This document shows, piece after piece, positions 25,979 to 35,973 of a stretch of DNA of 38,819 nucleotides; positions within the stretch are counted from its first letter, which is position 1; every line of letters begins with the position of its first letter. The notes below the pieces were generated by a model, which did no database searches, was not told the DNA's origin, and saw only the letters and a list, made by a program, of their open reading frames with translations. The DNA is taken from sequence record PX655591.1. One strand, given 5' to 3'. The position numbers and the translations under genes are program-made. The stretch comes from a phage.

Positions 25979-28261
25979 ATGGCTAGTAATATTGAATCAG
26001 CTCTGGCTAATCGGACTATGGGTCGTGGCAGAGCGCCGGGTAAAACTATCGCCGTCAACTATCAAGCAGCCAACGTTCAGGCTCCGACTGGTGACTCTGG
26101 TCTGGCTCGTGCGTTAACAAACTTCGTTGAGTCTGGTACTGGATTGTACAAGCAGTTCAAAGACGAGGAGAAGACCAGAGCTGACGAGCGGTCTAACGAG
26201 ATTATCCGTAAGCTGACACCTCAGCAAAGACGTGAGGCTATCCAGAACGGCACGTTGCTATATCATGATGACCCTTACGCTATGGAAGCACTTCGAGTCA
26301 AGACGGGCCGTAACGCTGCCTTTGCGGTGGATGACGAGATTAACGTTAAGATTCAGAACGGCGAGTTTCGTACACGTCAGGACATGGAAGAGTATCGCCA
26401 CCAGCGACTACAGGATGCCGCTAAGTCCTATGCTGAAGAGGCGGGTATTAACCCTACCGACGAGTTCTTCCAGCGCGGATTCAACGATAACATCACTGAC
26501 CGAAACATAGCTATCTACGGGTCCTTCAATAAGTATTTCAGCAAGCAGTCTGAAGAGACAGCAATGTTGAACACTCGTATTGAGTTGAACTCGTTCCTTA
26601 ACGATGGGGACCTGATGCGTTCGCCTGAGTCTGGAAAGACCTTCATGGCCTACCTTCGTGATGGACTGACGACTGCTGCTATACCTTCGGACCAGAGAGC
26701 ACGAGAGGTCATCGCCCAGACGGTCCGTGACGCAATCCAGAAGTCAGGAGGTTCAAACTTCCTACAGCAAGTCCGTGGCGAGCGTATCACCCTTAACGGT
26801 GTTGACGCTACCATCGAAGAGATTGTAGGACCTGACATCTTCAATGCTGCTATGGTTGAGGCCCAAGGTACTGAGTATAAACTGGTGGCTAAGTATCAGG
26901 AAGACTTGGCGTTAGGCGTTCAGTCTGCGATTCTTCAGGATGACCCAACCATTGGTCTTGCCCAGATTCAGAAACTCAAGGAGCAGAACAACCTGCTTCA
27001 GCCGGGTGAAGAACTCACGCCTCAGCGTCAGATGCTTATTAATGCCGAAGCCAGCTTACTGGAAGCGGTCAAGCGTAAGTCTGCTGAACAGGCGAAGGAG
27101 AACACTAAGTTAATCCAGACTCAGAACAAGCAACTGGTCATCGACCAAGTGTATCAGCGACGTCTGGCTGGGGACAACGTGTCCACCAACTATGAGGACC
27201 TTCCAGTCTCAGATGCTACAGGCGAGTTCAAGCGTTCTGACATGAACAACTATGCGTCTGCCAAGCTACAGCAGATTGACCAGATGGACATCCCTGAGGC
27301 TGCTAAAGATGCTCAGAAGGTGGCATTGTTAAGAGCGGATACTAACAACGGTCCGTTCCGTAATGCCTTCCAGACGCTGACTCAGGACGCTGCTGGCGAG
27401 TGGCAAGCTGCGGTCATCCGTGGACAGTACGACCCAGACAAGATGAAACGCTTCGAGTCTCTTCGTCGTGCCTACACTCAGGACCCTTCAAGTTTTGCTG
27501 CTCTGTATCCTGACCAAGCTCAGTTGTTCTCTACGTTCGACCAGATGGACAAGATGGGTCTTGACCCTCAGACGATGATTGAAGCTGATAAGCAAGCTGC
27601 AAGTCAAAGCCGTGAGATGCGAATGGAGTCAGACAAGGCGTGGCAGGAGTTGAAGAATGACTCCAAGAACACCCAGTTGTCTCGCCTCCCAACGTCTCTG
27701 GACTCAAGTGCTCGTAAGGTCTGGGACTCATGGTACTATCGTACAGGTAACGCTGACGCTGCGACTCAGCAGACTCAACGCTGGCTTAACGAGAACACCG
27801 TAACGTTCCAGTCTGAAGGTTCTGACGGTAAGTCAATCGGCATGGTATCCAAGCACCAGCTTATGGTCGGGGATAACCCTGAGTCGTGGCAGGTAGGTCG
27901 AGACATTATCGACACCGCCCGTAAGCAGATCATTAAGGCCAACCCTTGGGTAGTGAACTCTCAGTTGTCCGTTGTTGAACAGAACGGCTCTATCTTCCTC
28001 CAAGACGCTACAGGGACTATTCGTATTCTCTACGATAAAGAACTTGTAGGTAAACTCTACCGCGAACAACAGCAGAAGGCACAGGATGCCGCATATGCTC
28101 AGGCAGAACGTGACGCTAACAAGCGAGCGCGTATCGTCGGGACTAAAGCTGCTGGTGATAAACGTCGAGCTGACCGAGAGGCCAACATCGAGAAGCGCGG
28201 TGGGATGTACAATGACGTCTCACTGGAGGGTATCGCAAACGCACTAATCGGTAAGGAGTAA
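25979..28261 (+). CDS. Internal virion protein C (gene 15-like), 760 aa
   Basis: Size and position; RBS AGAGGAGG. Confidence 0.85.
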   Translation: MASNIESALANRTMGRGRAPGKTIAVNYQAANVQAPTGDSGLARALTNFVESGTGLYKQFKDEEKTRADERSNEIIRKLTPQQRREAIQNGTLLYHDDPYAMEALRVKTGRNAAFAVDDEINVKIQNGEFRTRQDMEEYRHQRLQDAAKSYAEEAGINPTDEFFQRGFNDNITDRNIAIYGSFNKYFSKQSEETAMLNTRIELNSFLNDGDLMRSPESGKTFMAYLRDGLTTAAIPSDQRAREVIAQTVRDAIQKSGGSNFLQQVRGERITLNGVDATIEEIVGPDIFNAAMVEAQGTEYKLVAKYQEDLALGVQSAILQDDPTIGLAQIQKLKEQNNLLQPGEELTPQRQMLINAEASLLEAVKRKSAEQAKENTKLIQTQNKQLVIDQVYQRRLAGDNVSTNYEDLPVSDATGEFKRSDMNNYASAKLQQIDQMDIPEAAKDAQKVALLRADTNNGPFRNAFQTLTQDAAGEWQAAVIRGQYDPDKMKRFESLRRAYTQDPSSFAALYPDQAQLFSTFDQMDKMGLDPQTMIEADKQAASQSREMRMESDKAWQELKNDSKNTQLSRLPTSLDSSARKVWDSWYYRTGNADAATQQTQRWLNENTVTFQSEGSDGKSIGMVSKHQLMVGDNPESWQVGRDIIDTARKQIIKANPWVVNSQLSVVEQNGSIFLQDATGTIRILYDKELVGKLYREQQQKAQDAAYAQAERDANKRARIVGTKAAGDKRRADREANIEKRGGMYNDVSLEGIANALIGKE

Positions 28262-28263
28262 AC

Positions 28264-28713
28264 ATGAAGAACGGGACAGCCAGTGAGAGACTGGCAGAAC
28301 TGTCAGTAGCTGAAGAGTCTGGCTGTATCCGATTCACAGGCCACTTAGACGGAGAAGGATATGGAAGGATAATGGTAGCTAGGGTTAAGTATATGGCACA
28401 TCGTCTCTCCTACTCCCTAAATAATGGGCCAATACCAGATGGCTATGTTGTTAGGCATAAATGTGATAATCCATCATGCATAAATCCTGAACACCTTGAA
28501 GTAGGAACGCAGGCTGACAACATTGCAGATAAGGTTTCCAGAGGCCGACAGGCAAGAGGGAGTGGAGCAGGCAGAGCTATACTGACAGAGGAATCTGTTA
28601 GGGAGATACTCTCCAGTCCATTAAAAGTATCTGAGCTTTCCACATTATACGGGGTAAGCGTCGTTTCCATACGAAATATATTGAGGAGAAAGACATGGCA
28701 ACACGTGGTGTAA
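28264..28713 (+). CDS. Free-standing HNH homing endonuclease with C-terminal helix-turn-helix-like tail, 149 aa
   Basis: GPIPDGYVVRHKCDNPSCINPEHLEV HNH motif; paralogous to intron ORF (shared ..GPIPDG..V.HKC.N..C.N.EHL); inserted between genes 15 and 16. Confidence 0.85.
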   Translation: MKNGTASERLAELSVAEESGCIRFTGHLDGEGYGRIMVARVKYMAHRLSYSLNNGPIPDGYVVRHKCDNPSCINPEHLEVGTQADNIADKVSRGRQARGSGAGRAILTEESVREILSSPLKVSELSTLYGVSVVSIRNILRRKTWQHVV

Positions 28714-31700
28714 GGAACGCAAATCCGGGCAATATCCGTAAGTCCAAAGACCAATGGGAAGGTGCTATAGGTGATGATGGTGAATTCGTTATCTTCGACA
28801 GCCCTGAATCCGGGGTCCGAGCATTAGCAAAAAACCTTCAAAGCTACGGTCGCCAAGGCTACGACTCAATCGAGAAGATTATCAACCGTTGGGCGCCTCC
28901 GAACGAGAACGACACTCAGTCCTACATCAACTCGGTTGTATCTGCGACTGGTATTCCAGCTACCCAGAGTCTCGACCTCTCTGACCCGGACACACTGTCT
29001 TCTCTGGCGCAAGCTATCGGCTACCACGAGACTGGTTCCCGGTATGACCCTGAGGTCTACAAGACTGGCGTCTCTCGTGCCTTAAGTGGTGCGGGAGGTA
29101 TAAGCCCAAAGACTCCACCAGTAAGCGCGAACGTATTTGACGCACTCACGGAAGGCCTCAAGGCTAAACCTAAAGTATCTCTGGGTGAGAATCTTCCGAC
29201 CGCTGCTGGTCTGAACATTGAGGGTCAAGCGCCTGAAGCTCCCAACGAATCGTTCGGTGAGATGTTCTATAAGGCTACTGGAGAGACCATGCAGGAACGA
29301 GAGGACCGCTCTACGTGGTTCGGTTTCGGTGCTGCTACAGAAGCTGAAGTGAAGAACTCTATGGTCGGCGTGGCTATCCGAGCTGGTCAGACTGAGGACT
29401 CACTTGATGTCATTGGAGATGTGTTCAACCCTACCAGATGGAACAACCATAAGTGGACTCGCGAGGAGCTGGATCAGATTCGTAACGCTGGGGTTCTGCC
29501 TCAGTATTATGGAGTCATTACTGGTGGGTCTCCTCAGAACCTGACCGAGCTTATTAACTTAGCGCTTGAGAACCAGAAGTTGGACCAAGAGAAGGCCAAG
29601 GCTGGGACTGGTGCTCAGTTAGCTGCGGGTGTGATTGGCGCTGGTGTGGACCCTCTGACCTACGTTCCTATTGCTGGGCAGGTAGGTAAAGGTGGGAAGC
29701 TAGTCAACAAGATGTTCACTGTGGCTGCTCAGTCTGGTGCTCTGGCTGGGGCATCCGAGATTGCTCGAACCTCAGTTGCTGGTGGTGACGCTCATGTGGC
29801 TGAGGCAATTATGGGTGGTGCTCTCTTCGGTGGGGGAATGACAGCTATCGGGGACGCTATCGGCAAGGCCTTAGGCAAGTCAACCAACGAGTTCGCTGGG
29901 CCAGCCACACGTCTGGAAGCCCGTGAGACTGCACGTAATGTTGATGGTCAGGACCTGTCTCGTATGCCAATCCGTGAAGGAGAGGAGACTTTTAGTCATC
30001 AAGGCGTTAAGTTCGCTGATGTTCCGAATGAGCCGGGTAGTGTACGACTGGAGGATGGTTCAATCCTGATTGGTGAGAACCCTCTGAACCCTAAGACACG
30101 TCAAGTTTTTGACGAAGTGATTGAGCCTGAACGTGCCGCTGCTGGTGTGAACCTTGGTGGTCTGACTGAGATTGGCTTGAAGCTGCTTCGGTCAGAGAAC
30201 CCTGAGATTCGTGGAGTAGCTGCTGACTTAGTGCGTTCACCGACTGGTATGCAGTCTGGGTCCTCAGGTAAAATCGGGACCACTGCGTCAGACGTATTCG
30301 AGAGACTTCGTGCTGTGGACCATCGGTTCTACAACGACATCGACGATGCGGTTACTGAGGCACTAAAGGACCCGTACTTCCAGACAGCATTCTGGCGAGA
30401 CTCTGGCGCATTCCGTCAGGACATCTACCAGCGTGTGTCTATGGCTATCGAGGATGGTAGCGGAAACCTGAAGGCTGAACTGACTCCGGGAGAACTGAAA
30501 GTCTATGACCTGCTGAAGAACCAGTTTGACGCCAAGCGTGAGATGATGGAGAACCCAGCTATGTTTGGTCGGCCAGACGCTCAGTCTATCTTTCCGGGTA
30601 GCCGCTTCAAGGGAACCTACGTCCCTCATGTGTATAGCAAACAGATGAAGGAGCTGTACATCAAGGAGCTTGGGAGTCCAGAGGCGTTGCAGGAGGCCAT
30701 CAAGAAGTCATGGTTGACCAGCTATGCGTCTCGACCTGAAGTCAAGAAACGCGTGGACGAGGCACTCTTAGAGGCTGACCCTACGTTGACTCCAGAGGGA
30801 CTTGCTGCTGCGGTCGATAAGTACGCCAACGATAAGGCTTACGGTATCTCTCACACCGAGCAGTTCGAACGTTCATCCGTAATGGAAGAGAACATCAACG
30901 GTCTGGTTGGTCTGGAGAACAACAGCTTCCTTGAGGCTCGTAACCTGTTCGATAGTGATATGTCAATCGTCCTGCCTAACGGTCAGACCTTCAGTGTCAA
31001 CAACCTGCGTGAGTGGGACATGGATAAGATTGTCCCTGCTTATAACCGTCGAGTTAATGGTGACATTGCTATCATGGCTGGTACAGGAAAGACCACGAAG
31101 GAAATGAAGGACTTGGTTGAGACCATGATGAACAAGGCTGGGGATGACGGTAAGTTGAAAGGTGAGGTATCTACCTTACGTGACACCTTGAAGATTCTCA
31201 CTGGTCGTGCTCGACGTGATGGTGCTGATGATGCAGCCTTCGCTACCGTGATGCGTACAATGACAGACCTATCGTTCTTCGCTAAGAATGCCTACATGGG
31301 TGTTCAGAACTTAACGGAGATTGGTGGTATGCTGGCTCGCGGCAATGTTCGTGCGCTGCTGCATGGAGTCCCGATGTTCCGTGACCTAGCCTTCCGTAAC
31401 AAGAAGGTAGGGGCCTCAGAGATTAAGGACCTGCACAACGTTATCTTCGGTAAGGAACTGGATGACTCAATCCGTCCGTCAAAGCAGGATGTTATAGACC
31501 GACTACGATCTTACAGCTCCCTGAGTAAACCTACGGCTACGGCTCTAGGCTCTGCCAAGTATTACACTGGTGAACTTGCAGTACGCTCTCCGTTCACTAA
31601 AGTCCTCAACGGTACGACCAACTACCTGTTAGATGCTGGACGTCAAGGCTTCTTGTCTGACATCGTAGAGCATAGCCTGACTGGTAGTAAGCGTAAGTTC

Positions 31701-32591
31701 GATGACCGCTGGCTGAAGACCGCTGGTATCTCTGACGAGCAGTGGAAGGGCATTAAGTCCCTAATCCGTGAGTCAGTGACTCGTGGTCCAGACGGGAAGT
31801 ACACCATCAAGGATAAGAAGGCGTTCAGTCAGGACCCAAGGGCTATGGACCTGTGGCGTATGGGCGACACCATCGCTGATGAAACGTTACTCCGTCCTCA
31901 TAAGCTGTCCAACATGGACGCCAAGGCTTATGGTCCTCTCGCTAAGACTGTCCTTCAGTTTAAGAACTTCGTCATCAAGTCCATCAATGGGCGAACCATG
32001 CGAACCTTCTATAACGCCACGAAGAACAACCGAGCGATGGACGCTGCCCTGTCCACTGTGATGTCTATGGGTCTTGCTGGTATCTACTACATGGCTCAGG
32101 CTCACGTCAAGGCTTACGCTATGCAGGACGGTCGAGACAGAGATTACCTCAAGCAAGCTCTGGACCCAACGATGATTGGCTATGCGGCCCTGTCCCGTAG
32201 TTCACATCTTGGTGGGCCACTTGGGGTAGCTAACATTCTTGGTGGCATCGCTGGATACGAGGACACTAAGATGCTTCGTTCGTCTATCCTCCCGCGTTCA
32301 CCTACAGAGAAGCCTGAACGTGCCATAGCAGATGGTGCGGCTACAAGTGACCCTGTGATGAATGTCGTCGGTAACTTCTTGGAGCAGGTCCCGGCTTTCG
32401 GCTATGCTGCTAACGTTGGTGCCTCGGCGTACAACTTGGCTGGCTACCTCAAGGCTGATACTCGTGTCAATGAGCGAGACTACATGACAGGGATGTATAA
32501 CACGTTCCGAGAACTTGTCCCGAACGACCCGATTACCCAGAAGCTGCTACTTGGGACGTTTGAGGAGCAAGGTATCCACATAAAGGACTAA
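28695..32591 (+). CDS. Internal virion protein D (gene 16-like), 1298 aa, with non-T7 N-terminal domain
   Basis: Middle and C-terminal regions match recalled T7 gp16 (ARETARN...DLVRSPTGMQSG...GTYVPHVY...AYGISH); N-terminal about 120 aa (RNANPGNIR...) lacks the T7 SLT motif. Confidence 0.9.
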   Translation: MATRGVRNANPGNIRKSKDQWEGAIGDDGEFVIFDSPESGVRALAKNLQSYGRQGYDSIEKIINRWAPPNENDTQSYINSVVSATGIPATQSLDLSDPDTLSSLAQAIGYHETGSRYDPEVYKTGVSRALSGAGGISPKTPPVSANVFDALTEGLKAKPKVSLGENLPTAAGLNIEGQAPEAPNESFGEMFYKATGETMQEREDRSTWFGFGAATEAEVKNSMVGVAIRAGQTEDSLDVIGDVFNPTRWNNHKWTREELDQIRNAGVLPQYYGVITGGSPQNLTELINLALENQKLDQEKAKAGTGAQLAAGVIGAGVDPLTYVPIAGQVGKGGKLVNKMFTVAAQSGALAGASEIARTSVAGGDAHVAEAIMGGALFGGGMTAIGDAIGKALGKSTNEFAGPATRLEARETARNVDGQDLSRMPIREGEETFSHQGVKFADVPNEPGSVRLEDGSILIGENPLNPKTRQVFDEVIEPERAAAGVNLGGLTEIGLKLLRSENPEIRGVAADLVRSPTGMQSGSSGKIGTTASDVFERLRAVDHRFYNDIDDAVTEALKDPYFQTAFWRDSGAFRQDIYQRVSMAIEDGSGNLKAELTPGELKVYDLLKNQFDAKREMMENPAMFGRPDAQSIFPGSRFKGTYVPHVYSKQMKELYIKELGSPEALQEAIKKSWLTSYASRPEVKKRVDEALLEADPTLTPEGLAAAVDKYANDKAYGISHTEQFERSSVMEENINGLVGLENNSFLEARNLFDSDMSIVLPNGQTFSVNNLREWDMDKIVPAYNRRVNGDIAIMAGTGKTTKEMKDLVETMMNKAGDDGKLKGEVSTLRDTLKILTGRARRDGADDAAFATVMRTMTDLSFFAKNAYMGVQNLTEIGGMLARGNVRALLHGVPMFRDLAFRNKKVGASEIKDLHNVIFGKELDDSIRPSKQDVIDRLRSYSSLSKPTATALGSAKYYTGELAVRSPFTKVLNGTTNYLLDAGRQGFLSDIVEHSLTGSKRKFDDRWLKTAGISDEQWKGIKSLIRESVTRGPDGKYTIKDKKAFSQDPRAMDLWRMGDTIADETLLRPHKLSNMDAKAYGPLAKTVLQFKNFVIKSINGRTMRTFYNATKNNRAMDAALSTVMSMGLAGIYYMAQAHVKAYAMQDGRDRDYLKQALDPTMIGYAALSRSSHLGGPLGVANILGGIAGYEDTKMLRSSILPRSPTEKPERAIADGAATSDPVMNVVGNFLEQVPAFGYAANVGASAYNLAGYLKADTRVNERDYMTGMYNTFRELVPNDPITQKLLLGTFEEQGIHIKD

Positions 32592-32609
32592 ACTATCACT
32601 ATAGGAAAC
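32587..32609 (+). promoter_or_regulatory. Phage RNAP promoter (ACTAAACTATCACTATAGGAAAC), phi17-like
   Basis: Conserved 23-mer overlapping gp16 stop; followed by GGGAC...GTCCC leader hairpin. Confidence 0.85.
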
Positions 32610-32655
32610 GGGACGCTTGTATAGGTCCCTATTATTTCAACTTTAAGGAGGTCCA

Positions 32656-34956
32656 ATGGCTAGTAAGGTTCTTATTAATTACCCTGTAGGTCAGGACCAG
32701 TATGAAATTCCGTTCCCGTATCTGGCTAGACCTTTTGTCGTAGTGACTCTGGTGAACTCTATGGACCCTTCCATGAACAAGACTCTTGTGGTTGGTAGTG
32801 GCTATCGGTTTATCACAGCCACAGTAATTGAGATTCTTGAGCCAACAGATGGCTTCGACATTGTTCGCATCCAGCGCTACACATCATCAACACGCATTGT
32901 AGACTTCAAGGATGGATCACCTCTTGTTGCTAATGACCTAAATGTTGCTGAGATTCAGTCAATACACATCGCAGAAGAGGGAAGGGACTACGTGCTTGAC
33001 CTAATGGATGAGGCCGCTACTGTTGCCACAAAAGCTGCTGCCGACTCTCAGAAGTACCGTGATGAGGCTGAAGGTTTTAAGAACGACATTAAAGGTGATG
33101 CTGACGCCGTGTTTAACTATAAAGAGGCGGCTTGGGAGGCGATGCTACGAGCTGAGATGGCTGCGTCAACTGCTAACGCTACCCAGATTGTCAGGATTGA
33201 TGACATCGTGTCTCACATCCCGGGCGGTACAACTGGTCAAGCTGACATCTCCACAGCCTTGAATGCGGCGCTTGTGTTGTATGCTGGCACAGGAACAACG
33301 CTACTTGGGACTAAGACATCTCGCTACAGGCAGGATGACACAATAATTGCTCAGTCAGGTGTGACACTTGACTATAATGGAGCTTGGGTAGATGATAACG
33401 TTCAGTCTTCCATCCCAACATCAGGTGGCCGACCGGGTCACACCTTTCAGATTTACGGAGTTGATAGGTTCAAGCTCAGGAACTTCGTGTACAATATGCT
33501 TCCTACAAGAAAGGTTCAATCTGATCCAGACGGTCCACAGCCTACTGTTATGTGGATTGGTGGTCAATACTTAGGGGATGCAACAACAAGTAACATCGAG
33601 GTTAGTGGTATTGACGGGGAAAGTGGAACGCCTCTTGCTGGCGGCTTTCAGATGTGTGGCATGGGGGAGCTTAACGGTCTGTGGTATCATGACTGCAACT
33701 GGGCAAACAACGGATGGCGTTGGGGTTGTAACTTTGAGTATGGACTTATGCCAGAAAGCCCAGTGACAAACCCTAACTTTGAGAACGGCCGCCACCCGTA
33801 TAACCTACTGATTGAGCGTGTAAACGGTCGAAACATTCGCACCTGTGAAGGCTTCTGGCGGTCAGCATCATGTTTTAACGTGTCCTTCAGGGATTGCTTC
33901 AGCTTCAATGTGAGTAACGCTATACGCTACTTCAGTGGGGACCGTGGCATCACTCGCTATAACCAAAAAGTGACATTCAGTAACATGTCTTGCAGAAATA
34001 CGAACTTGGGCCGTCCTGATAATATTGTATGGGCTATCGTTACGAACCGAGATGGCTCAACTGGTGAGGTGCTACCTTCATGGACAAACCAACACCACAA
34101 CTTAGCGTTCATCAACTGCGAGTTCTGGCAAGAGGGACGTTACGGGTCCAGCTGTATGAGACTAGTTGGTAACTTAGGGAAGACTCTGGTAGCGAACTGC
34201 ACCATTAAAGGAGGATTCTTTGGGTTGTGGCAACAAGGCTCTGGTCCTGCTAACTATGACGCAAAGAATAGTCTTCTGGTTATTAACACTGAGTTCATTC
34301 AGAACTACCAGTCTCTGCGTATCGTCGACACCACTGGCTCCATGATTATCCACAGTAGTTTCACAGACCAGCAGTATTCCGCTACGTTTGGTGAGACAGC
34401 TGCAGTTGCGCTCTCCGGTACATCAAACTTTAAGATGTTCGGATGTAATTTGAACCACAGTACGGCGGCTGGTTCGATGGACTGCCCTCTGATGGCCTTG
34501 GTTGGGACTAATAGTAACCTATACCTTCATGCTAATGATTTTATAGTTTACTCTGGTAAGACAGCGATAAGAGGAGCGTCAGACCTATCGCCTGTATATG
34601 GCTCAGCTAATACATGCAACGGAAAGATTATCGACGACGGTCAGCGCATCATTGGGGAGGTAGGAGCCTCAAGCGCTCCAGTTGTTCCCACTGTTACTTC
34701 AAACGTGATTTCTTTCAACCAGTCAGCTGTATTTAATGTTACCAGCGCCATTGTTGTAAACGAGGTTACTGGGGGACGAGAGGGGGATAAGATTACATTC
34801 CGTGGCAGGACTGGAGGTGCGAGTATCACCTTAAGGCATACGGCAGTCACTGGAAACACAAGAATCATCACAAAGTCTGGTACAGATTTAGTGGTAACTG
34901 GTAACTCAGCGTCAGTGACTCTAATGAAGTTCGCTGACGGATGGGTTGAGATGTAA
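32656..34956 (+). CDS. Tail fibre / tailspike (gene 17-like), 766 aa: T7-like N-terminal attachment domain plus unrelated C-terminal receptor-binding domain
   Basis: N-terminal about 150 aa resembles recalled T7 gp17 (IPFPYLAR.FVVVTL...NDLNVAEIQ..HIAEE); remainder not T7-like. Confidence 0.85.
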   Translation: MASKVLINYPVGQDQYEIPFPYLARPFVVVTLVNSMDPSMNKTLVVGSGYRFITATVIEILEPTDGFDIVRIQRYTSSTRIVDFKDGSPLVANDLNVAEIQSIHIAEEGRDYVLDLMDEAATVATKAAADSQKYRDEAEGFKNDIKGDADAVFNYKEAAWEAMLRAEMAASTANATQIVRIDDIVSHIPGGTTGQADISTALNAALVLYAGTGTTLLGTKTSRYRQDDTIIAQSGVTLDYNGAWVDDNVQSSIPTSGGRPGHTFQIYGVDRFKLRNFVYNMLPTRKVQSDPDGPQPTVMWIGGQYLGDATTSNIEVSGIDGESGTPLAGGFQMCGMGELNGLWYHDCNWANNGWRWGCNFEYGLMPESPVTNPNFENGRHPYNLLIERVNGRNIRTCEGFWRSASCFNVSFRDCFSFNVSNAIRYFSGDRGITRYNQKVTFSNMSCRNTNLGRPDNIVWAIVTNRDGSTGEVLPSWTNQHHNLAFINCEFWQEGRYGSSCMRLVGNLGKTLVANCTIKGGFFGLWQQGSGPANYDAKNSLLVINTEFIQNYQSLRIVDTTGSMIIHSSFTDQQYSATFGETAAVALSGTSNFKMFGCNLNHSTAAGSMDCPLMALVGTNSNLYLHANDFIVYSGKTAIRGASDLSPVYGSANTCNGKIIDDGQRIIGEVGASSAPVVPTVTSNVISFNQSAVFNVTSAIVVNEVTGGREGDKITFRGRTGGASITLRHTAVTGNTRIITKSGTDLVVTGNSASVTLMKFADGWVEM

Positions 34957-34973
34957 ATAGAATAGGAGGCCTT

Positions 34974-35168
34974 ATGATTGAGTTAGACTTCAAGAATGAA
35001 GTACTTAAGGCCTCCCCTATCGTTGGAACCGCTGCGGCTGATGGTGCCAGTCGGTTCTTCTTTGGACTAACACTGAACGAATGGTTCTACGTTGCGGCTA
35101 TCGCGTACACCGTTGTCCAGATTGGTGTGCTGGTCTACAAAACGATTAAGGGAGGTGGTAAAACATGA
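34974..35168 (+). CDS. Class II holin (gene 17.5-like), 64 aa
   Basis: FFGLTLNEWFYVAAIAYTVVQIG nearly identical to recalled T7 gp17.5. Confidence 0.9.
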   Translation: MIELDFKNEVLKASPIVGTAAADGASRFFFGLTLNEWFYVAAIAYTVVQIGVLVYKTIKGGGKT

Positions 35169-35428
35169 CGCAGATGGACTTAGAGAAGTTCCTCTTGATG
35201 CTGGATACTGAACGTGCTCGACTCATGCTGCAAGACCTGCGGGATGACACAAAGCGTTCGCCTCAGCTTTACAACGCCATTGAGAAGCTGCTGGCTCGTC
35301 ACAACTTTGTGTTAAGCAAGGTGTCTGTTGACGAGAAGACGCTGGCTGATATGGAGGCCCTGAGCGCAGAGTACGATAAGGTGCTCTCCGCTACGGAGGA
35401 TAATGACACTGGATATGGAGTACAGTAA
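35165..35428 (+). CDS. Terminase small subunit (gene 18-like), 87 aa
   Basis: MLDT...RSPQLYNAIEKLLARH matches recalled T7 gp18. Confidence 0.9.
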   Translation: MTQMDLEKFLLMLDTERARLMLQDLRDDTKRSPQLYNAIEKLLARHNFVLSKVSVDEKTLADMEALSAEYDKVLSATEDNDTGYGVQ

Positions 35429-35432
35429 GCGT

Positions 35433-35468
35433 TAGACTCAAGGTCATTACTATATGTAGTGGCCTTTA
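35433..35468 (+). promoter_or_regulatory. RNase III-type processing hairpin (TAGACTCAAGGTCATTACTATATGTAGTGGCCTTTAT)
   Basis: Third copy of the conserved hairpin; position matches T7 R18.5. Confidence 0.6.
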
Positions 35469-35529
35469 TGGTTAACACTAACCAGTGGAGGAGACTCTAC
35501 GTGAAATCTGATAAACCGGGAGGGCAACT

Positions 35530-35973
35530 ATGCTCGAATTTTTAAAGAGAGCGGCTCCGTGGTTACTTGCAGCAGTGATGTTTGCTGGTGGCTACCACAC
35601 CGCTAACAATAAGTGGGAGGCTAAGGTCAATGAAGAATACACCTCGAACCTTAAGGCATCGGAGGATACAAGGCTTGCTGTCCAAGCTGAAGTCAACAAA
35701 GTGTCCAAACGGTTTCAGGACGAAATATCCTCGCTGGAAGGCAGCACTGATAGGATTATTGCTGACCTTCAGTCTGACAATAAGCGGTTGCGCATCCGAG
35801 TCAAACCAACGAGTGGAACCACGCAAAGTGACGGTCGATGCGTCATTGATGGTTACGCCGAACTTGACGAACGAGATGTTAAACGTCTTATCGCCATCGG
35901 ACTGAAAGGGGACAAATGGATTAAGGCACTTCAAGACACTGTGAGAGCCTTACAGCAAGATAAGGAGAAATAA
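35530..35973 (+). CDS. Rz-like i-spanin (gene 18.5-like), 147 aa
   Basis: MLEFL...EGSTDRIIADLQSDNKRLRIRVK...ALQDT matches recalled T7 gp18.5. Confidence 0.9.
   Translation: MLEFLKRAAPWLLAAVMFAGGYHTANNKWEAKVNEEYTSNLKASEDTRLAVQAEVNKVSKRFQDEISSLEGSTDRIIADLQSDNKRLRIRVKPTSGTTQSDGRCVIDGYAELDERDVKRLIAIGLKGDKWIKALQDTVRALQQDKEK
35630..35905 (+). CDS. Rz1-like o-spanin lipoprotein (gene 18.7-like) embedded in the +1 frame of gene 18.5, 91 aa
   Basis: PRWKAALIGLLLTFSLTISGCASES lipobox and LMVTPNLTNEMLNV match recalled T7 gp18.7; start taken at ATG 35630. Confidence 0.8.
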   Translation: MKNTPRTLRHRRIQGLLSKLKSTKCPNGFRTKYPRWKAALIGLLLTFSLTISGCASESNQRVEPRKVTVDASLMVTPNLTNEMLNVLSPSD

